Below are positions 1-13,195 of a stretch of 64,000 nucleotides of DNA, in pieces; the stretch's first letter is position 1, and every line of letters begins with the position of its first letter. The notes under the pieces are model-generated. The model saw only the letters and a list, made by a program, of their open reading frames with translations, had not been told where the DNA came from and searched no databases. This DNA comes from Hormiphora californensis. Lineage: Eukaryota; Animalia; Ctenophora. The stretch is from assembly GCA_020137815.1 (NCBI GenBank), contig CM035354.1, positions 6,324,001-6,388,000 of the forward strand. The letters are read 5' to 3'. The position numbers were made by a program, and so were the translations under genes.

Positions 1-130
1 GTTGGTGATGTTCCGGGCACATTGAGAGATTGAGATTAACATGATGTTTGTGAATGATTGATCTCTAATCCCGATAAATAAATCCCCCTATACCCCCTGG
101 CCCCCGGTTATCCTAGTTAGTTTTACTAAC

Positions 131-595
131 CGGTTCCACAACCACAATCAAGAACGGCAGCGTCCTCAGGAAGGACCTCTATGATCTTGTCAACACACAC
201 TGGGGTCCGCCCAGCTTTATCGTAGGAGAAACTGCACTTGAGGTAGTCCTGGAGATCGGGTGAATGTGATATATATAAATCCTCATTCCTCCCATCAGGA
301 TTCAGGCATGCAATGATATCTCTCACAAATAACCATATCATGCGTTGAATTGTTCATACTTTCTTTTTATTCTAAAACACTGTGTCAAGCGACTCATGTT
401 TTGATCACCCAGTAGGCTAGATGACCATGACCGACCTACCTCAAACTCGATCTCTTCGTTTTCAATGCGACTCTGATCGGTCACAATGGTACTAAGATCA
501 GCGGCAGTCTCAATAGTGTCGGTGATCTTGCTGGACCCGACCTCGCTCTCAGCGGGTGGGGTGGTAATGGGCACGTTCACAACAGAATCAGCCAT
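131..595 (-). CDS. Class I SAM-dependent methyltransferase, 5' exons (440-595, 131-248); gene continues beyond window start
   Basis: Motif I VLDCGCGTG. GAG|GTAGGT donor at 439, CAG|GAC acceptor at 249, G|GTTAGT donor at 130; exon phases compatible. Confidence 0.75.
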
Positions 596-1475
596 GCTCT
601 ATATACAAACAGGAGTGGAGTGGCCCAATAAAAAGGGAGGGTATGTTGGCCAATGGCCTTCTTTTCTCCCAGAACTTTAATTGCAATCACTCTGATACTT
701 TGACACAATGTTGGATCGCTGGAGCGGTAGTGCATTTCCCAGGTCCTGGGAAATGCACCACTGCCGGCAATTTCACTAGTGTAAGAGGAGGTCCAAGCAG
801 AGAGGTTTTGGTAATGGAATTTAAACAATAAAGTTCGAGGAGTTGTTATTGTCAAATTAAGTTGAAACTGTGATTCCAAACAATGAAAATTTGCAGCAGA
901 CAGGCATGAATGAGAAATAACAGGATTATTTAAATAGACAACAGGGGGACACTAGAGAGAACACAATTGCACGAAGAGGTATCTTGCGTGGCACGCTTGA
1001 ACAATGTTACAAATAGTCTCCTTCGCTGCAGTACACACCCACAAACAAACACATTCTCTTGCTTGCACTGTCTATTTCTACTAGAGAGTACTTAACTCTC
1101 TTTTCCCATTTTCAAATATTATATATATGATCATATTGACATTACAATCCGTGTGACAGATCTGAGAACCAACAAACAAAAACGGGTTTGGCTTCAGTTT
1201 AGACGAACCTCAAACTATACGTGTCAGCATACCAATATGATAGATAAGTCCCCTAACGACCTCATTCTAGTTCCCATATATTTCCCCTTGAATGATCAAA
1301 TTAAAACAAGTTGTATATAGAGGAGAGAAGAGATTCATTACATCACACACATATAAAGAAAGTCCGTATTCTGCCCGCAGAACTGTCCTTCATCTCATCT
1401 ACAAGAAAACCACAAATCAAACATTCTATAAGTCCATAATAAGAGAGAGAGCAGCAGCATCATCATCGGGTGTTT

Positions 1476-4400
1476 TTAATCAAAGAACCGACGGTTGGGG
1501 TTGGAACCATACAGCATACTCCTAACTTCAGGAATTTTCTGTTTGATAATCTGCTCCAGTCTAGCTTCAAGGGTATTCACAACAACCATACGTCCTTCTT
1601 TTGCTACCAGCCTCACTCCACCAGTGCTGAAAATGGGAAAGTTAGATATCAACCAGTCAGTAATCACCTTGGTTACGAAGTCACCCCTATTATTGCATAT
1701 AGGGGTGACAATACCGCCTACCTAAAAATGAAAATTTACGGGACCTTCTCATAAAAAGTTATCGAAAACTTGTCTAAAACCTATCTAAAACGTATGGTAC
1801 TAGTTTGTATAGTAACCAGGACCTGAATTCTACAGAAAGTAACGACCGGTAGCGATTACACCACATGTTTAACAACAGAGGTGTGTCGCATAACTCCTTA
1901 TATGGGCATAAAATTCCAATCTTGTGGAATTTTTTCTGACTCGACTATAGCTTAGTTATCAATGAATCCACCTCTAATACCTTTGGAATGGCATTTTGCA
2001 CATTTCTGAAGGTTTTTGTAGCCAAATTCCAGCATCTTCATAGTTTTCCAAAAACAAAAACAGTGTTAATGGCCAAAATATCGAAAAATTCCGGTATGTA
2101 ATGGTAGCTCAGACAATTTCCTCGGTATGTTCAAAAAATTAGAACTTTCTGTTTTGTAGTTTGGACACAGGAATTTTTTTCCCGCCGTACAAGCGATATT
2201 ATTACCCCTCCGTGAGCTAGCGCAGAGGGGGAATTTCATTACCAAGTAATCACCAGGATTCAGCAACCTGGACTGGATACGTGCTGTTATCTAGTCCAAT
2301 ACGCGCGGGGACGTGCGTGAACGAAATGCTAACAATGAAACGCGCGCAACTTTCATTATTTTCTCAGACCGCTATCCGGAAAGGGTGAGAACAGCGGGCG
2401 CGGGAGTGTGCCGTGTAACTCAACTTACATATCAGCTGGAAGGAAATTTGCTTGATCAACCTTGACTGTTACATCCAGACCACTCAGCTTAGTGTAGTTA
2501 GCTTGACCAGCTGCTAGTACTCCCTGGGATATTGCAATGAGTGAGAGTTGTTGAGATGTTGCCAAACTCAAGAAAACAGTTGATTACGTCACCACATAAT
2601 ACAAACCACCTGTCCCACTATCCCCCGTCCCCACTGCCCCCACCCAGCTGCCCCCTCCCCACACGCTCCCAGCTGCCACCTACCACCTGACCCACCCAGT
2701 TGCCCCCTGCCCCCTCCCACACGCTCTCGCCCTGCCCCCTCCCCACATTCTCATAGCTGCCCCCATACCCACCTCAACCAGCTGGATATCCATTTGTCGG
2801 CACTGGATGGTGACATGAGGTTCGAGCAGCTGACAGAGCCCCTGGGTAATCAATCCCTGAAGCATTTCCCTATACTTTGTTATGTCCACAACCTGTCCCT
2901 TCAGCTTGTTGGTTGTCTTGTCAACTACCACCTAGCGAGGAGATCGGTTTTAAAATAAGGAAAAATATCATTTGATTTGTTATTAAACTTAGTAATAATA
3001 AATGTACAACACAGATTACGATCAAACAAGTGATAAAGGGGAAATAATGTGGTTTTACCTGCAGATGGTCTTCTCTCTGTTTGAGGAGTCTCAGTCTCGC
3101 CTGGTTGTGCAAATTACTCATCTGACTGAATGGGAATGAAATATTAATTGTCACCAACTTTCAGTAGACGGTTATTATAACTTACCAAAACCCTGATTAT
3201 ACTATTGGAATGAGATGTACAGGGTGTCCCACTGTCTTTGCATCACCTGTGATTTTGGGTGATGAGTGGCTTCCATTCAAATGCTCATAACTCATCGAAA
3301 AATAGGTCAAAACGGCTCAACCAAAAACAGTGTTGTAGAGATTTGTCAGGCGAACATTTGGGTACAAGATTGATGTTCTAAGTATTACCAACCGTCAGAT
3401 ATATCGTCTTAAAGTCAAAAGTATGTGTTCATGAAATCCGACCGGGGTTCACGTTTTGAAAAATTCACAAATGCAAAGTTGCTCAGATCACATTGCATCC
3501 CTCATAAGAGTTGTAGGAAATTGTCTGGCGGTCATTTTGGTACCCGGGTTTTTGTCCTAGCTCAATGTTTAGAGTGTCTTATGACTGTCTAAAGACGAAA
3601 CTCAACCAACATTTTTGAGGGGATCACGTGTCATCAACAAATGGGTAAAATGGTTTGAAATTTACAAGAGCTTCATTGGAATCGTCTAAGGTTCATTTTG
3701 ATACGATGATTTTTTCCATAGCTCTACGTTTTAGTTGCGTTATGACTGTTATGTAGGAACATCAAGATTTTTCTACGCTGAGTCTTGGTTGGTATCGGCT
3801 CACAACGCCTAATTAGGTGGCTCGGTGTCGTGTGTAATCCCATGATAATCAGCACATATCGTCTAGACACTTGACAGGGTTGTTATGACGATTTGGCAAG
3901 GCCCCTGTTAATGTGTAGGATACGCATGTGGTCTATCTCAACCCTATCATGCACTAAGATGTTATTCAAGCAGCAATGAGCTTCATAACAGGGCAAAATG
4001 TAATGAGATACTTGAGACCACTTTTGTGAAAATTCCACTTCTGACAGTCATAAGACACTCTAAACATTGAGATAGGACAAAAACCCGGGTACCAAAATGA
4101 CCGCCAGACAATTACCTACAACTCTTATGAGGGATGCAATGTGATCCGAGCAACTTTGCATTTGTGAATTTTTCAAAACGTGAACCCCGGTCGGATTTCA
4201 TGAACACATACTTTTGACTTTAAGACGATATATCTGACGGTTGGTAAGACTTGGAACATCAATCTTGTACCCAAATGTTCGCCTGACAATTCTCTACAAC
4301 ACTGTTTTTGGTTGAGCCGTTTTGACCTATTTTTCGATGAGTTATGAGCATTTGAATGGAAGCCACTCATCACCCAAAATCACAGGTGATGCAAAGACAG

Positions 4401-5157
4401 TGGGACACCCTGTATCTTAGATTCAAGCAACTTTCAAATCATTGATACCTCCCCATAACTTCACACTTGTACTCTCCGAATCGGTCGTGCGTGACATTAC
4501 AGTCATAAACTTACATCTTTTTCTGTAGCTCAGCATTTTTCTCCTTCTTTTCGTGGAAGGCTCGAATCTTTTGCTTCTCCTGTTCCACTAGTCGACCCTT
4601 CTCAATATTAAACTCCTCATCAGCCTGTGGGAATATATAGTGGAATAATGAGTGAGCTTTTAATAACGATATAATCTAAATTATCGTTACGATAATTTAG
4701 ATAAAGCCTGATAAAGTACCTAACCCATCGCACACCGTGTACCACTAAAGTCGAATTTTTTAATCAAGGGACAGGGGCTGCGCATTCAGAGAGATCGCGC
4801 GGCGTTGTATTTGCGCGTGACAATCGAGATGAAGTTCCTGGCAATCTTAAGACTTGAACCCGGAAGCGTTGGAAAGATAATTTTAAGACCTTTTCAACGC
4901 AACCAAGATCAAGTCTTTATCTTATCAGGAAGAGAAGATATGAGCGAAAACATTTAGCACGCACAAAAGGACTTTGTAAATGCGCGGCCCCCTGTCCCTT
5001 GATTAAAAAATTCGACTATAGTACAGTACCAGTACCAGAAATTCAAACACAAACCCACCTTGGCCAAGATCTCCACCTCTTTTTCATCAGCCTCGTGATC
5101 AATGAATTGGATCATTTGCTGGATCTGTCGTTCGACCTCGGCATCGGGAATCGACAT
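1476..5157 (-). CDS. ATP6V1E: V-type proton ATPase subunit E (about 6 exons)
   Basis: Exons encode [69 protein letters not shown] and [23 protein letters not shown], all typical of V1 subunit E. Confidence 0.95.
3220..4412. mobile_element. Non-autonomous Tc1/mariner-type element with ~370-bp TIRs, in an ATP6V1E intron
   Basis: ta|CAGGGTGTCCCACTG...CAGTGGGACACCCTG|ta. The inverted repeat runs ~3220-3590 vs ~4043-4412; no transposase ORF. Confidence 0.9.
4749..5017. mobile_element. MITE (Kolobok-like ends AGTCG...CGACT)
   Basis: ~35-bp TIR AGTCGAATTTTTTAATCAAGGGACAGGGG with degenerate TTAA-like flanks. The internal GCGTTGGAAAG...CAACGCAACCAAGATCAAGTCTTTATCTT segment is shared with 40351-40800. 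Confidence 0.7.
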
Positions 5158-5244
5158 GGTTGCTACAAACTACGGGGAATTATAACCAAAAGGATACAAA
5201 TAGGACAAAATGACAAAACGAGAATTACAAAAGTTTCAAAACAT

Positions 5245-5931
5245 TTATTCGGTTAAAATTCGTCTAAAAGTGAGGTTAATTCGTGGTTCATGGCATTTCC
5301 TCCGTTCTGGTAGACCATGATACCAGTATTTGTTTGTTTCCCCCTCCATGAATAACAAAGTTCCACTTTCAAGTACTACTGTCTCGTTTTCCAGCCCACG
5401 TGTTGAGTCATGGAACTTGAAAACAAAATCCCGGCCAGCTCCAAATGTTAAACTTGCTATGGGTACAGCCTGGTCGATCTCCTTCTCGTCATCACGATGA
5501 AATCCCATTTTGTCCTTTCCATCTGCATACCGGTTGACAAGAACAAAGTTGTAGGATACCCCCGCATACCCCTCAACAACCTGCTTCAGCTTTTTTAGTG
5601 TCTCCGTCCAGGGGAGAGCTGTGACAGTAACTCCGCTGTACCTGTACCGGATATTAGGGTCACCATAAGCAGCTTGTTTCCGGGGTATTCCGTAAGTTTT
5701 GTTGAAAATCGTAACTTGACTAAAATAGCCAGCGAGATATTCTATCTCTTTTTCCAGGCTTTGAAAGTATTTGATACACTCTTGTCCCGAGAAAACACAA
5801 GCGTACCGAACATCTAAACCGTCATGTCGTATGTATTTCCACTCGGGTGGACTTGTCTTGCGTCGTTTTAGTGAATACTGGAAAAAATTACTGAGTGATA
5901 TCTGCCGTTTAACTCCCTGTGACATTATCAT
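5245..5931 (-). CDS. ALKBH2: Fe(II)/2OG DNA demethylase ALKBH2-like, intronless
   Basis: IPRKQAAYGD, YRYSG, NFVLVNRYADG, HxD (FHRDDE), WYHGLP, RINLTFR. Confidence 0.93.
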   Translation of the reverse strand: MIMSQGVKRQISLSNFFQYSLKRRKTSPPEWKYIRHDGLDVRYACVFSGQECIKYFQSLEKEIEYLAGYFSQVTIFNKTYGIPRKQAAYGDPNIRYRYSGVTVTALPWTETLKKLKQVVEGYAGVSYNFVLVNRYADGKDKMGFHRDDEKEIDQAVPIASLTFGAGRDFVFKFHDSTRGLENETVVLESGTLLFMEGETNKYWYHGLPERRKCHEPRINLTFRRILTE

Positions 5932-6457
5932 CACGGTGAACTATCATAGTTAGCCATTCTATCGAATAGTTTATCAATCTAAAGTTAATAATTAATAGGG
6001 ATCCATATAGAAGTTCAGCCGTTTCACAGTCGTTACACCCGGAGGCCAGCGCTGGTGGAGCGCCGTAACGATTTGAGGTCTGTTTACAGATGCACACAGA
6101 CAAAAAAGTACCATGCACTAAAATTAGAGCTATTATAGCTCCATTTACCAAACCATTGTATGCATTGTTAGTGCTAGGAGAACGACGTTTTGATCAGTCG
6201 ATCGAAGCAACGCCGGACGCCCCCACCACAAACAAGCCTTCTGAAGCAGCACAAACTTTCAAATTCTCTCCTCCACGTGGGGATTTTCGATAGAGGGTGC
6301 TGTCGTATAATGCTTTGGTGAGCCGTCTGTGGCGCTGTGTGCCTCCTGTGAGTCCACTGGAGGCTCTTGGAGGCCTTTTACGTGTCGCTAAGAAAGGACA
6401 GACAAAGCTCCAACAGAATGTGAAAAAGTGAGAAAAACGGCCATCTTGGAAATCTGG

Positions 6458-6603
6458 TTAGTGGAAGCTCTTACGGTATTCCCACGACTGTGGGAAAAGA
6501 GAGATAGATAGAAATACTAAGTGAGAGAAATTTCTCTCTCTTAGTATTTCTATCTATCTCTCTTTTCCCACGATCGTGGGAACACCGTAAGAGCTTCCAC
6601 TAA
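6458..6603. repeat. Near-perfect 146-bp palindrome
   Basis: TTAGTGGAAGCTCTTACGG...AGAGAAATTTCTCT...CCGTAAGAGCTTCCACTAA, with essentially no loop. Confidence 0.9.
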
Positions 6604-6829
6604 AGGTCCCCCCAAACTACTATGTCCCTTGCTGCGCGCGACCGGATTTTAGACGGCCATAGCTCCACCCTCTGATAAGATAGAGACTTGAAATTTGTTT
6701 TGTGAGGAGATCATGTCGAGTTCTTCCTACAAAACAAATTTCAAGTCTCTATCTCATCAGGGAGTGGAGTTATGACCGTGGGAAATTTTACAAAACCCGA
6801 GTGAGGGACATAGTAGTTTGGGGTGCACT
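6604..6829. mobile_element. MITE with nested internal hairpin
   Basis: TIR CCCCAAACTACTATGTCCCT / AGGGACATAGTAGTTTGGGG with ctaa/ttag flanks; inner inverted repeat at ~6673-6760. Confidence 0.7.
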
Positions 6830-6864
6830 TTAGGTGGGGTGCGACGAGTTTGAAACAAATGAAT

Positions 6865-6935
6865 ACACGCGCGCGGCTCTACTATGGCGGCGCCAATTTG
6901 AGACCGCGCGGCCGCCGCGCGGATCGTTACGTGAT
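6865..6935. promoter_or_regulatory. CpG/GC-rich putative promoter between divergent ALKBH2 and METTL2
   Basis: GCGCGCGG and CCGCGCGG clusters, ATGGCGG (YY1-like) and GGCGCCAA (E2F-like) in an otherwise AT-rich context. Confidence 0.45.
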
Positions 6936-7126
6936 CTGAACCAAAATAAAATTTCCAACTTCGTTTTTTAACTCTTTTTTTAAATTTGTTTGTTCTCCTT
7001 TTTCACGGATTCTAACTATCTGTATCACACTTTACCATGAACACCGCACCCCTTAAAAGCCTTGTTTCTTATCTTATGAAAAATCACATTCACAAATTCG
7101 CCAATCCATATTGTTATTATCCAGCA

Positions 7127-8014
7127 ATGATGACCGACGGATCTGATCAGTCGGCCGACGTGCGGCCACAGTTTGGAAACCGCTTCCTTAAAGAAGAATC
7201 AGATGTTTTTAGTCACAACGCTTGGGACCAAGTTGAATGGGATGAAGAGCAGGAAACTTCAGCGAGGGAAATGGTTTCCAAAAACTCTGGTGGACCTTCC
7301 GATGAGATACAGGAAGATTTACTAGCTAATTCCTGGGAAAAGTGGGATAAATTTTATGGAATCCATGCTAACAGATTCTTCAAAGATCGACATTGGCTAT
7401 TTACAGAGTTCCAGGAGTTAAAGCAGGGTGAGCGAAAGTTGTTGGAAGTGGGTTGCGGTCCTGGTAACACAATATTCCCCATTCTGGAGCACTGTGCAGA
7501 TGATCAAGTCTTTGTGTACGGGTGTGATTTTTCTCCGACTGCGGTGGAAATTGTTAAAACCCATGAACTCTACCGGGAAGATCGGTGTAAAGCGTTTGTT
7601 TGTGATATCTCTAGCAAAGATATGGATATTCCTATTGAAGAAGGAACTCTCGATTTCATCACAATGATATTTGTCCTTTCCGCTTTGAATCCCGAAGACA
7701 TGCAGCATTGTATCTCCAACCTCTCACGGTATCTCAAGCCAGGAGGTCAGATTCTGTTTCGCGATTACGGCCGGTATGATCTGGCTCAGCTTAGGTTTAA
7801 GAATGGCCGGTGTTTAGCCGAGAACTTTTACGCCCGCGGTGATGGGACTAAGGTTTACTTTTTTACCCAAGAAGAACTGGATGAGTTATTTACCAATGCT
7901 GGCCTTGTGAAGGTTCAGAACATAGTGGATCGTCGCCTTCAAGTCAACAGAGCAAGGAAACTGAAAATGTACCGCATTTGGATACAGTGCAAATATATGA
8001 AACCTTTGTTATAG
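7127..8014 (+). CDS. METTL2: tRNA N3-methylcytidine methyltransferase METTL2/Trm140-like, intronless
   Basis: [70 protein letters not shown]. Confidence 0.95.
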   Translation: MMTDGSDQSADVRPQFGNRFLKEESDVFSHNAWDQVEWDEEQETSAREMVSKNSGGPSDEIQEDLLANSWEKWDKFYGIHANRFFKDRHWLFTEFQELKQGERKLLEVGCGPGNTIFPILEHCADDQVFVYGCDFSPTAVEIVKTHELYREDRCKAFVCDISSKDMDIPIEEGTLDFITMIFVLSALNPEDMQHCISNLSRYLKPGGQILFRDYGRYDLAQLRFKNGRCLAENFYARGDGTKVYFFTQEELDELFTNAGLVKVQNIVDRRLQVNRARKLKMYRIWIQCKYMKPLL

Positions 8015-8157
8015 TTTTAACGATTTTAAAATTGAAACGGGTGTTTTAAAATGTTTAATTTTTTTTTCTGACTTGACCAAAGACATTGAATTTAACTTAC
8101 GTTTATGTTAATCTAAATATCATCGCTAAAACACTATTCCCTTTCTTAGCCCGACTG

Positions 8158-8975
8158 ATGAGGCGAGATGTCTGTGTGATAGGAGCTGGGGTTGCCGGAT
8201 TAGCGGCTGCTAAGTTCCTCTCACCCCACTTCAACGTTACAGTCTTCGAGAGATCTCATACTGTCGGGGGTGTTTGGTTTTATAACAAGGGCAACACCAA
8301 CGCCACCCACGTGACACCCATGTACAAGAACCTGAAAACAAATCTACCCAACCATTTGATGTCGTTTAGTGACCACTCCTATCCGGATGGGTCCCCCTCC
8401 TTCCTGACTCACCAACAAACCCTGGACTACCTCGAGGGGTATTGTGACAAGTTTGGGCTGAGGGATCTGATCAAGTTTGGTACTACCGTTACCATGGTAA
8501 CACCAACAGGAAATGGGGAGTGGAGTGTCAGCACTGATGATGGTAGGTGATTACAGGGAGGGTTGGATTCGTTATTTAGGTTTTATGGGAGGACGGGAAT
8601 TGTCACCTTTGCGCTTGCCAGCGCAGTGATATTGGGGTGTGGGTTATAGCTATTATGCGTTGGAATTTAGTAGATAAAATGTCATTTCTGAAATCTAGGG
8701 AGGGTAAAGAAATACTGTGGTGTCGCGGTGTGCTCAGGGAATTTCAACAGCCCAAATCATCCTGAAAACTTGACAAACTACAGCGGTTATTTGTCGCATT
8801 CCATATCATACGATGATCCTGGAGAATTTGATAGCTTCAACACAATCATGATAATTGGTGCTGGTAACTCTGCTGTAGACATTCTAACTGCCCTTTGGAG
8901 ACCACATAAACAGTTATTCCTGGTACATAGAAAGGACCATGATTTAGTGGGGTTACCGGACATTCTAGACCCTTG
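8158..8975 (+). CDS. Flavin-containing monooxygenase, 5' part; the 3' part is unreadable in the noisy region to ~10.4 kb
   Basis: FAD motif VCVIGAGVAG, VFER..GGVW, MYKNLKTNLP; second exon CSGNFNSP..HS..YDDP and NADPH motif IIGAGNSAVDI. Confidence 0.85.
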
Positions 8976-10422
8976 GAGCCACATACCAGTTCAGGGGTTA
9001 TAGAGTGACTGGAAATTAAGTGAGTTTACAGGTCGGTAGTTACCGCGACTGATACACCGCATATCCGTGTCCTCAAGGGTTGAGTGAGGGTGTTGGAAGA
9101 TGAAGTTACCCCATATCACGATTGTCCCCTTATTCGTCCTTGCATTTTCCAGATGATCATACTTCACACCCCTTTCTGTGGAAATGAGGGTGGATACCCG
9201 ATAGCTACGGTTCTACTCCCCTTCGCCCTGAACCATTCCAGGCGTCAGTCGTTGAGCTGAGATTAATTTCCTAGGCAGCCCACGGAGATTAGGAAACGGA
9301 CCGCAGATGACGGGCAACATTGCTATCGACTTAACGTTAGGGGTCATTCCCTATGAGTGTGAAAAAGGAATGCGCCCGTGACCTACGCGAACGCTTGAAT
9401 CAAGCGAAAACGGGTCCTAGGTACGGCACTGTAGATGTTGAACGGGCAAGACGGACCGATGATCCTTCCACCTGGCCATCGAACATACCTGGTATGGAGC
9501 GAAGCAATTTAGAGGATCCAAAGACTTACACAGGTCAAACCGTTAGCTAGGTGGTCTGAGACCTCGGTGGATTGTCATGATCGCACTAGCTGGGGTTAAG
9601 TGGATGGGCTCATGCGCCCTGACCAACGTGGCCTACTCCCCGTCGTTGATCCCTTGGGCCCACGGAAGAGATCGGGTATGTTTCAGGACAGAAAGGACGG
9701 AGTTCAACGGTCTTTCACTGGATACGCCAATTGGTGACCCGGAAGTCGGGTGGAATGTCATTACTTCCTCGGCCCTTGAAATTTATCAACCCGGCTCTCT
9801 AATGGCTGATTGGCCTCTTCTGAATTGAGTTTAAGGGAACCCCTACCAGGTGGTTTGTTCATTCTAACAGGTCAGAGAAACTACCAGCTTGGAACGGTTG
9901 CTTTGCGGTGGCAACAAACTTGGATATCTGGCGGAATGTGTGGCTAACAATACTACCGGTATATATAAACTGCCCATCCAACTTCAACTACAATGGCTGA
10001 TTTGAATCAGGCTCCTCGCAACACCCTCATCTCCTAATGCTGGAATTACAAGCCGTGTAGCTGCACATGAGAGGAGTAACAACTTACCAGGCTGAGTAGC
10101 TTAGTCGCGACGGGAAGGCTGAGACAGATAGGGGGGTTGCACAAACCGTATAGATGGTGGATCTGTAGCAGTTCAAATTAAAGACTGCCAGAATTGAGCT
10201 AACTCACACGATCTCTCGTGCTCTTCTGTGGATTTTTGAGTTGTAGTGGAGGATGAGGACTTTAATCTGTTTCCGACACGTACGGAGTATTTTGTGAACG
10301 AGTCAGGGGTCCACACACATTCGGTAACCTAATCGCGGATTCTAGGATACATACAACGTAAAGACCAAACAGCCACAAGTCTAATTAATTCCTAGATCTG
10401 CTTCGTACCATCCATTAACCGT

Positions 10423-10625
10423 ACACTTTTTAACAAGTACCTTGTAACTAATATGGGTGACTTATTGAATTGATATTTTGCCGTTTCGTAGCACTGATGA
10501 TGTTAGTTGCTTTCAGCTAATCAGTGTCCAATTTCCCCTATCCTTTCCTACCCACCCTCTGGACCATCAAACCATGCTTAGTGCTCCCTCCAGTTTCAAC
10601 CAATATAAAATGAAAGGTAAACAAT
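10423..10625 (+). pseudogene. Degenerate or noisy duplicate of Elongin C exon 1 and its upstream flank
   Basis: CCATGCTTAGTGCTCCCTCCAG(T/C)TTCAAC matches ~15353-15381; ATGGGTGAC start and AAGGTAA donor are colinear, with many indels. Confidence 0.8.
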
Positions 10626-13195
10626 ATGTTTCCATCTCAGAAACCACTCGCTCACATGCAATAATATGCTACTGGTAATCAGCGGTTATACATACACACA
10701 CCCCCCATATCCAATCCGGTGGAAGAACCCAATTCAACTACTTGCAAGTTTGCAGAACACAAAAGATTACACGACATATAGTAAGAAGACATCAAATTAC
10801 CTTCAAATATCCCACAACTGCTGATGCAGCTAACTTCCTGAATCTTTATCAGAAAAGCCAGAGAGTATAATTTGTGACATTGCGTCACTTAGATGCCCAA
10901 AAAAAGGAAAGATTGGACGCTGAAAAGCAAAGTATTACACACTCGACATCGTGCGCGAGATCCGAAGATTTCCAAAAGGTAGATGTTGGCGGAGACGCGC
11001 AGAACTTCCCGAGAGGAACAGGACGACACCGCTTATGATCGAAGTGTGGGAGTCTGGCTACTCATAGATCGTCTGTAAGGGAACGAACAAGGATAGACAA
11101 CTATCACCTCAAATTCCATGAAGTGTTGCTTGAGGTTTAAATGTTCACATGGGCAACACCTCTCAAGGGGGCAGGGCTTCTACAAAGTCCGTAGAGAAAC
11201 GGTCTCCTCTCCTCAGTTTAGACTGCTTCACACTCATCGTTTTTCGGTACCTGCTTAAGATCGCTCATCTGTCGCTTGGTACCCGGTGTATCTTCAGTAC
11301 AGTTTAGCTATGGTACCAGTGAAAACTTAGAGCACTTACAGTTGTTGACAAAGCATAAGCCATTTTGAAGACAACAGTGTCAATAGGAGAAGGAGTCCTC
11401 CCCACCCTAACGGTATCAATACAGTGTCTTTCCCAGTAAATCTAACAAGGAATTGCCACCTTCTAATGTACCCACTTTTTGAAACTCATAAGGGTAAACA
11501 ATAATCCATATCTTTAGCATCAACAAGGTTCATCAAGAGCTTTGGTGGAAGAAGTATGAACAGATTTATCCGATAGATTGTCAACTCCATAACCTGTTCA
11601 GTCAAAATCTGTTCACCTGGAAACCTCAATCAGGTTTGTGCACCTGTAAAACAGGTAGATAACCGAAACCCTTGAGTTCTATGCATTTATAGCCACTCCC
11701 CAATTTCTGTGACCCCGGTTAAAGCTTATCAAATCAGTACTATTTTACTCCGATAAAGTCGTCTTAACACCACACAATCAGAACCTGGAGCGACTAAAGA
11801 TTCGAGGAGCAGTCCTGAGGACAAAAGAACCAGCCCACATTCCTGCTCTCTCTCCTTCCATTGTCACATCCACACCAGGGAACCGAGCAACAAATGAGGT
11901 TGCTTGAGAGCAGCTAATTTTACCCATATCAAACGCACAATCCGAAATGATCCTCCACATACAATGTACCAGTTTTTGGACCAATGTTTGGAGCCTGACC
12001 CGACATATCAAATGATACCTTTCGACTAGTTCCTCCACGTTCACTCTGAATCTGATAATACATTAAAGCTGAGTCTATCAAACTAATACTTTCTTCAACG
12101 TCAACAACTGGGGTCAAAGTCAGCAGGTCCAGAGCACCATCCGAGACTCTAAGAGAGGGATTCAACCTTCCTTGTTCATTTCCTGTAAAAGGTCACAACC
12201 CATATTAGAGTCTCGAACTAGGCATCCTTACCCACCTCGTGAGGTTCAGTAATCTTACTCCGAAGGAACTCGTTGACGCTGGTCAAGTACCTTCTCGACT
12301 TTTGCGAACCGTAGGTTCGATACCGGAGCGTGAGTTAGAATATGCTAACCCTCCCCATGGTTCTTAAGTGGAAAACAGCTTGCTGAATTTTTTCTCACCA
12401 GAGTTTGGAAAGAGGAGAAGTTAAATTTTAACAGAGGCAAAAACTTCATACCTTTAAATCCTTGACACTGGTCCAGGAAAACTCTTACGTCTTGATTCCT
12501 CACTATCCTTTTAATCTCCCAAAGAGATTCCCAATCCTCGAACAGTATTCCTAACCGAGCCTCAAGATTCCACATCTTACAGCTCCCATGCGTAACAAAT
12601 TACTGATTTCCAATTTACCAGTAAGAGTCCGCAATACTCATCGACTTTACGATCACGGTACCGGTTCAGGTAGTAACTATCACTTTCCCGCAGGTTGGTT
12701 TTCGAGGCTTGAGACCCTTTAGATTCTTTGGATCTGTTGAGATATTATCTCCTTCTTTGTCAACTCCAAAATTCTACAACATTGACTGCTTCTTCGTGGG
12801 GGTTTTAACCCTCAGCCTCAGAACAAGGAGTTAATGCCTGTCTGACCTCCACTTTCCCAACGCAGCTTTTACAATACTGTTTCCTCCTCATGGGAAGTGT
12901 TCCACAAGGTATTACTCTAGGTCTTACAGTTGATCTCAGTCCTCAGGGGAGTCACACAATACGATCTAGTTCATCCTTAACGGCCTGTACAACTGGCCAC
13001 TGATTTAGTCTCTGTAGTATTGACAGATTTCGGTCCTGATTTTGAGCTGTCCAGGAAACTCACTCGAGACTAGGAATATCGGATGTCATTCCATGTAATC
13101 TCCAAGGATTTACCTTTTCCATGTCCTTCGGGCAAACCCTAGATCAGTGTACTCCACATTGGAGGCTCCAGGAACAGCGAAATTCGAGTCCAGGG

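Noticed and set aside
5245-8014. Intronless ALKBH2 and METTL2 as bacterial HGT or processed pseudogenes
   Set aside because: The sequences are eukaryote-type with intact motifs, and no polyA tail or TSD is seen.
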